Below the pieces are notes generated by a model. It searched no databases and had not been told where the DNA came from. It worked only from the letters and a program-made list of their open reading frames with translations. From an uncultured Desulfatitalea sp. (GTDB lineage: Bacteria; Desulfobacterota; Desulfobacteria; Desulfobacterales; Desulfosarcinaceae), in assembly GCA_963668675.2 (NCBI GenBank), contig CAXXMB010000002.1, positions 2,720,001 to 2,784,000 on the forward strand: DNA of 64,000 nucleotides. The letters run 5' to 3'. The position numbers and the translations under genes were made by a program. Numbering within the stretch: the first letter of the stretch is position 1; every line of letters starts with the position of its first letter. Below, in pieces: positions 59,337-64,000 of this stretch.

Positions 59337-60200
59337 ATGGAATTACCGACCGATCTACTGCGTACTTTTGTTGCGGCTGCCGATGCCGAGAGCTACACCT
59401 CTGCAGCGGCCATGGTTCATCGCACCCAATCGGCCGTCAGCATGCAGATGAAGCGGCTTGAAGAGGGGATGGGGCAGCCCCTGTTCGAGAGAAACGGCCG
59501 TGCCATGCGGTTGACCTCCCAAGGGGTGACGCTGCTTTGGTATGCGCGTCGTATCCTGAAGCTCAACGATGAGGCCGTTGCGGCGGTGGCACGTCCGGAG
59601 CTGTCGGGCAGTGTCCGTCTGGGGGCGCCCGAGGACTATGCGGAGCGGTTGCTTCCGCGTGTTTTGGCGCGTTTCGCCGAAACCTATCCGCAGGTGCAGG
59701 TGGACGTGGTTTGTGAACCGGGGGCCCGATTACTGGCGGCGCTGGACAACAGTGAGCTGGATCTGATGGTGCACACCAACTGTGAGGTGCCGCTGCGCGG
59801 AGAGACGATCTACCGCGAACAGGTGATATGGGTCACTTCAAACCGGCATCTGGTCCACGAACAGGACCCCCTCCCCATCGCGGTCTATCATGAAGGCTGC
59901 ATTTTTCGCGAATGGGCGCTGCGATCCCTGGAGGGGGCGGGACGGAGCTACCGCATAGCCTACACCAGCTTGGGCATTGCGGGCATTCTGGCAGCGGTCA
60001 GGGGAGGATTGGCAGTGGCGCCAGTGGGGCGCAGCACCCTGGCGGACGGTTTGCGTATACTGGGCCCGGCCGATGGCTTTCCGGAGTTGCCTACGGCGGT
60101 CGTCACGCTGATCAAATCCCGCGGTACGCCGTCACCGGCGATGGCATCGCTGGCCGACCATGTCTCAGAGAGTTTTCGTGAGATGGACGAGCGGTGTTAG
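59337..60200 (+). CDS. LysR family regulator (LrhA/HexA-like)
   Basis: DLLRTFVA...AA..VHRTQSAVSMQMKRLE and VRLGAPEDYA. Confidence 0.95.
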   Translation: MELPTDLLRTFVAAADAESYTSAAAMVHRTQSAVSMQMKRLEEGMGQPLFERNGRAMRLTSQGVTLLWYARRILKLNDEAVAAVARPELSGSVRLGAPEDYAERLLPRVLARFAETYPQVQVDVVCEPGARLLAALDNSELDLMVHTNCEVPLRGETIYREQVIWVTSNRHLVHEQDPLPIAVYHEGCIFREWALRSLEGAGRSYRIAYTSLGIAGILAAVRGGLAVAPVGRSTLADGLRILGPADGFPELPTAVVTLIKSRGTPSPAMASLADHVSESFREMDERC

Positions 60201-60589
60201 GGGCGCCCTCCTCCAGAAGCCGTTCACTGTGCAGGGATTGGCCGCGAAAGTGCGCGAGACTCTGACAAGAGATTGATTTAAAAGCTGTCTTGTATTCCTT
60301 TCGGTTTTTGGTGTATAAAAACAGCTATTGCTTTTTACCCGAATCTGAACCTCCCCTGAACGAATTTTTGCGCCCCGATGGTCACCCATTATACAGAAAC
60401 CGCGCACGGTGCGTTAATATGCAGTTTCCGGATGCTGCTCTCTTTGCAACCCCAGTTGGCGTTCGGACAGAAACGGATCAGGCGTTCACCTCGAAGCGTT
60501 CGGTTCCAGGCATAGATCCCCACCGGGGATAGCGTGGTTGGACCGGCAAGCACAATCCCCTGAACGCGAACCTCGAACCTGGGGGTAAT

Positions 60590-63235
60590 ATGCCTGAAAA
60601 GCCGACATACCAAGAATTGGAGCATCGCCTGGCCGAACTGCAGGCGGAGCTCAAGGCCATTCGGGGTAAGCAGACCGTAAAATCCCGCTGGATGGCTCCC
60701 ATACTTGAGGATTCGGGTTTAAATCTGTTGTTTGCCATCATCAACAATGCCCAAAATGTCATCTATGTAAAAGATGTCGACGGTCGATTTATTCTGGCAA
60801 ACCGGCAGCTATGTGACATCCTGGGGCTCCCGGCGAGCAAGGTGCTGGGGAAGACCCCTGTGGAGTTGTTCTCCAACAACCTGGCCGCAAGAACGATGGA
60901 ACATGACAGGCAGATTATCCGATCCAAATCGGCCAAAACCTTTGGTGAGAAGGTTGAACTCAACGATGGGGTGCATGAATACATCGCCATGAAATTTCCG
61001 ATCTTCGGTGACCAAGGCGACCTGGTAGCGGTCGGTGGGATCGCCACCGACATTACAGACCATGTGCGTGCCGAAGAGAACTACCGCCAAAGTGAGGAGA
61101 AGTACCGCACCCTCGTAGAGAATGCCGGAGAGGCGATATTTATTGCCCAGCAGGGGATGCTCAAGTTCGTCAACAAGAAGACCGAGTCGCTCAGCGGGTA
61201 TACGAACGAGGAGCTGATTTTCAAACCTTTCCAAGAGTTGATCCATGAAGACGATAGAGCCCTGGTGCTGGGCCATCACTTCAAACGGCTTCAAGGCCTC
61301 AAGATGCCACCCCGCTATTCGTTCAGGATCATCGCCCGGTCCGGCGAGGTGAGGTGGGTTGAGTTGAATGCGGTGCTGGTCGACTGGCAGGGAGAGCCGG
61401 CCTCGCTCAATTTTTTGCATGATATCACGGGCCGTAAAAGGGCTGAGGAGGCCTTGGAGAAGCGCGTATTGGCTTTGACCATGCCGCTGGACGACTCGGA
61501 GAGCATCAAGTTTGAGGACCTGTTCAACCTGGAAGATATCCAACGCCTTCAGGATGAGTTTGCGGCAGCAACTGGCGTGGCGTCGATCATCACCCACACC
61601 GATGGCACACCCATTACCGAATCGAGCAACTTCTGCCACCTGTGCCGCGACATCATTCGCAAGACGGAAAAGGGGTGCTCCAATTGCTACAGATCCGATG
61701 CATTGATCGGGCGCATGTCTTCCGAGGGCCCAACGATCCAGCAGTGTATGAGTGGGGGGCTATGGGATGCCGGCGCGGCGATTTCGGTGGGTGGCAGGCA
61801 CATTGCCAATTGGCTGATCGGACAGGTGCGCGACGAAACCCAGACCGAGGAGAGTATTCGGGTCTATGCCAGGGAGATCGGCGCTGATGAAGATGAGGCT
61901 GCGAAAGCCTTTCGGAAAGTGCCGGGAATGTCCCAGGCGCAATTCGGCCGCGTGGCCCAGGCGCTCTTTACCCTGGCCAATCAGTTGTCCGCCACAGCCT
62001 ATCAAAACGTGCAGCAGGCGCGATTTATCAGCGACCGTAAAAGGGCCGAAAAAGAGAAGGATCGGATAGAGGCCCAGTACCGGCAATCGCAGAAGGTGGA
62101 GGCCATCGGTCGCCTGGCCGGTGGTGTGGCGCATGATCTCAACAACCTGCTGACGCCTATCATCGGCTATGGTGAGCTGCTGTCGGGGGAATTCAGTCAG
62201 GGAGACCTGCGGCGGGAGTCCATCGACCAGATATTGCAGGCCGGTTACGGTGCGCGTGACCTGGTGCGCCAGCTTTTGGCGTTCAGTCGCAAGCAAAAGC
62301 TCAAATACCAACCTCTGAACCTGAACAAGACGATTCGGGGTTTCCAAAAACTGCTCCGGCGAACGGTGCGGGAAGACATCGAATTGAGCATTATCATGTC
62401 GCCGGATATCCAGACCATTCGAGGAGACATCGGCCAGATCGAACAGGTGATCATGAACCTCTTTGTCAATGCTCAGCAAGCCATGCCCAACGGCGGTAAA
62501 TTGACCATCGAGACAGCCATGGCCGAACTCGACGAGGCCTATGCCGCGGATCATCCACACACCCAGGTCGGACAATACGTCATGCTGGCAGTTAGCGATA
62601 ATGGCCTGGGCATGGATGAGGAGACCCAGGAGCATATCTTCGAACCCTTCTTCTCCACCAAAGGCGAACAAGGGACCGGGCTGGGGTTGGCCACGGTTTA
62701 CGGTATCGTCAAACAGCACGGCGGCCATATCTGGTTATACAGCGAGATGGGCAAGGGCACCATTTTTAAAGTTTATCTGCCTGTTTCGGAAGAGATGCCG
62801 ATCGAAACCCACAGCGAAAAAGAGATCGCCGTCGACATGAAAGGCACCGAAACCATCCTGTTGGTGGAGGACAACGCACAGGTGCGCCGCCTCGCCAGTG
62901 TAGTCCTCAGGCGTCAGGGCTATAAGATGCTGATCGCAGAGCATGGTGACAAGGCACTGCGTCTTTTGAGAAATCATAAGGGCAAGGTCGATCTTCTGCT
63001 GACCGATGTGGTCATGCCCGATATGAACGGCAAGGAGCTGTGGACCAAGGTGGAGAAGATATGCCCGCACATAAGGGTGCTTTATATGTCCGGCTATACC
63101 GATGACATCATTGCCCAGCGCGGGGTGCTGGATGAAAGCGCCCGTTTTATCGAAAAGCCATTTACCGTCCAGGGGCTCGCCACCAAAGTCCGGGAGGCCC
63201 TCACCTCGAAACAGACAGGCGCAAGCCTCTTCTGA
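60590..63235 (+). CDS. Hybrid histidine kinase: PAS-PAS-PocR-HisKA-HATPase-REC
   Basis: PocR (LQDEFAAATG...FC.LC..IIR...C..SD...C..GL), GRLAGGVAHDLNN, GTGLGL and LLTDVVMPDM.G. Confidence 0.94.
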   Translation: MPEKPTYQELEHRLAELQAELKAIRGKQTVKSRWMAPILEDSGLNLLFAIINNAQNVIYVKDVDGRFILANRQLCDILGLPASKVLGKTPVELFSNNLAARTMEHDRQIIRSKSAKTFGEKVELNDGVHEYIAMKFPIFGDQGDLVAVGGIATDITDHVRAEENYRQSEEKYRTLVENAGEAIFIAQQGMLKFVNKKTESLSGYTNEELIFKPFQELIHEDDRALVLGHHFKRLQGLKMPPRYSFRIIARSGEVRWVELNAVLVDWQGEPASLNFLHDITGRKRAEEALEKRVLALTMPLDDSESIKFEDLFNLEDIQRLQDEFAAATGVASIITHTDGTPITESSNFCHLCRDIIRKTEKGCSNCYRSDALIGRMSSEGPTIQQCMSGGLWDAGAAISVGGRHIANWLIGQVRDETQTEESIRVYAREIGADEDEAAKAFRKVPGMSQAQFGRVAQALFTLANQLSATAYQNVQQARFISDRKRAEKEKDRIEAQYRQSQKVEAIGRLAGGVAHDLNNLLTPIIGYGELLSGEFSQGDLRRESIDQILQAGYGARDLVRQLLAFSRKQKLKYQPLNLNKTIRGFQKLLRRTVREDIELSIIMSPDIQTIRGDIGQIEQVIMNLFVNAQQAMPNGGKLTIETAMAELDEAYAADHPHTQVGQYVMLAVSDNGLGMDEETQEHIFEPFFSTKGEQGTGLGLATVYGIVKQHGGHIWLYSEMGKGTIFKVYLPVSEEMPIETHSEKEIAVDMKGTETILLVEDNAQVRRLASVVLRRQGYKMLIAEHGDKALRLLRNHKGKVDLLLTDVVMPDMNGKELWTKVEKICPHIRVLYMSGYTDDIIAQRGVLDESARFIEKPFTVQGLATKVREALTSKQTGASLF

Positions 63236-63287
63236 AACAATTCCATCACACCCACTTTGCCTTCCAGAGAAAGGCCATAAAAGGAAG

Positions 63288-63316
63288 GGGCAAGATCCAT
63301 GATCTGGATCTTGCCC
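63288..63316 (+). terminator. Hairpin downstream of the hybrid kinase gene
   Basis: GGGCAAGATCCA-tgatc-TGGATCTTGCCC, a perfect 12-bp stem. Confidence 0.55.
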
Positions 63317-63706
63317 GGCGGAGGAGGGAATGAAAGGGTTTGGTCTTCTGCTCTTGGCTTCACGGTTAACGTAACACCTCAAAATGACCACAACGTGACG
63401 CCAACATTACCAGTTTGTAATCTTGGCGCCGCCTTCGTGAAAAAGGGGGGATCCTTTTGCCTGCCCCTGGCTTGGCACGTCATCCCGTCTGCAAAGTGTG
63501 CCGAAGCAGTGTTGTTACAGAGGACGCTCAAGCAAGGTGTGAGCGGCCTTACGCAATTGTCGTGACCCACATTACATCTTCGCTAGCGGGCGTCATCTAT
63601 TGATGGAAGCATGGCGATCCAGGCTTCGGGCGCACACCACTTGTGACGCCGCTGCGCCCCATTTCCATCCATTGCTCCATCAACAAACAATCAAAAGGGG
63701 GCCCGC

Positions 63707-64000
63707 ATGAAACGTTTCAAGAGACTGTTTCCGGGGGTGATCGCTCTGGCGATCGGCCTGATGGGATGCTACGAAGAGAAAGCGAAGATCGTGGATGACT
63801 ACTGGTTTGGCGGAAGTAACAAGTACAATGGCTGGGCCATCGCCATTGACGGTAATTTCACGGCGATCGGAAATCCGCAAGGCTACAATGTATATGACTT
63901 TAAAACCGGTTCCGTCTACATTGCCGAAAGAAAAAATGGCAACTGGCTGGCCAACCCGATCAAAATTGCGCCCACGGACATGGACAACGATGACTTTTTT
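63707..64000 (+). CDS. FG-GAP-repeat lipoprotein, N-terminal part (runs off the window edge)
   Basis: MKRFKRLFPGVIALAIGLMG-C lipobox, then GWAIAIDGNFTAIGNP...TGSVYI.E...W...KI.P.D....DF. Not in the ORF track. Confidence 0.78.
   Translation, partial: MKRFKRLFPGVIALAIGLMGCYEEKAKIVDDYWFGGSNKYNGWAIAIDGNFTAIGNPQGYNVYDFKTGSVYIAERKNGNWLANPIKIAPTDMDNDDFF

Overview
A 64 kb GC-rich chromosomal window of mixed accessory and housekeeping genes. Gene style (hybrid PAS/PocR kinases, DUF362/polyferredoxin, DUF1566, GTAG-type REPs, several sigma54 motifs) suggests a sulfate-reducing deltaproteobacterium of the Desulfobacterales type; this is inference only. I see no rRNA, tRNA, CRISPR array, transposase or prophage. 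Main blocks: (1) 1-7024, a metal-uptake locus with feoAB, a small His/Cys protein, a DtxR/MntR regulator and a TroABCD-type ABC transporter whose two permeases both carry C-terminal DtxR-like domains. Tandem TTAGG-N4-CCTAA-like operators sit at three promoters, and the feoA leader holds a terminator/antiterminator with ANTAR-like loops. (2) 7083-10036, an uncharacterised three-gene envelope operon. (3) A kinase-less PAS sensor, a DUF1566 protein, and a Liv-type ABC operon with an embedded acyl-CoA ligase and a zinc-ribbon-tailed permease. (4) Nitroreductase, hybrid kinase, USP, MCP, Fe-ADH and CMD genes. (5) 29492-39850, FN3 and beta-helix/pectate-lyase-like surface proteins, three with sigma54 promoters, plus an orphan ParA paired with a signal-less FN3-like protein. 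(6) Radical SAM, pcm, MscS, NUDIX, GT4, a DUF6599-DUF362-polyferredoxin operon, ECF sigma/ZAS anti-sigma, an AKR-FN3 fusion, tandem Hsp20s, DUF1127/LysR, a PocR hybrid kinase and a partial FG-GAP lipoprotein. The best candidates for undescribed systems are the doubly controlled metal locus, the sigma54 surface-protein set, the ParA-FN3 pair and the three-gene envelope operon. All calls come from reading motifs by eye; no searches were run.
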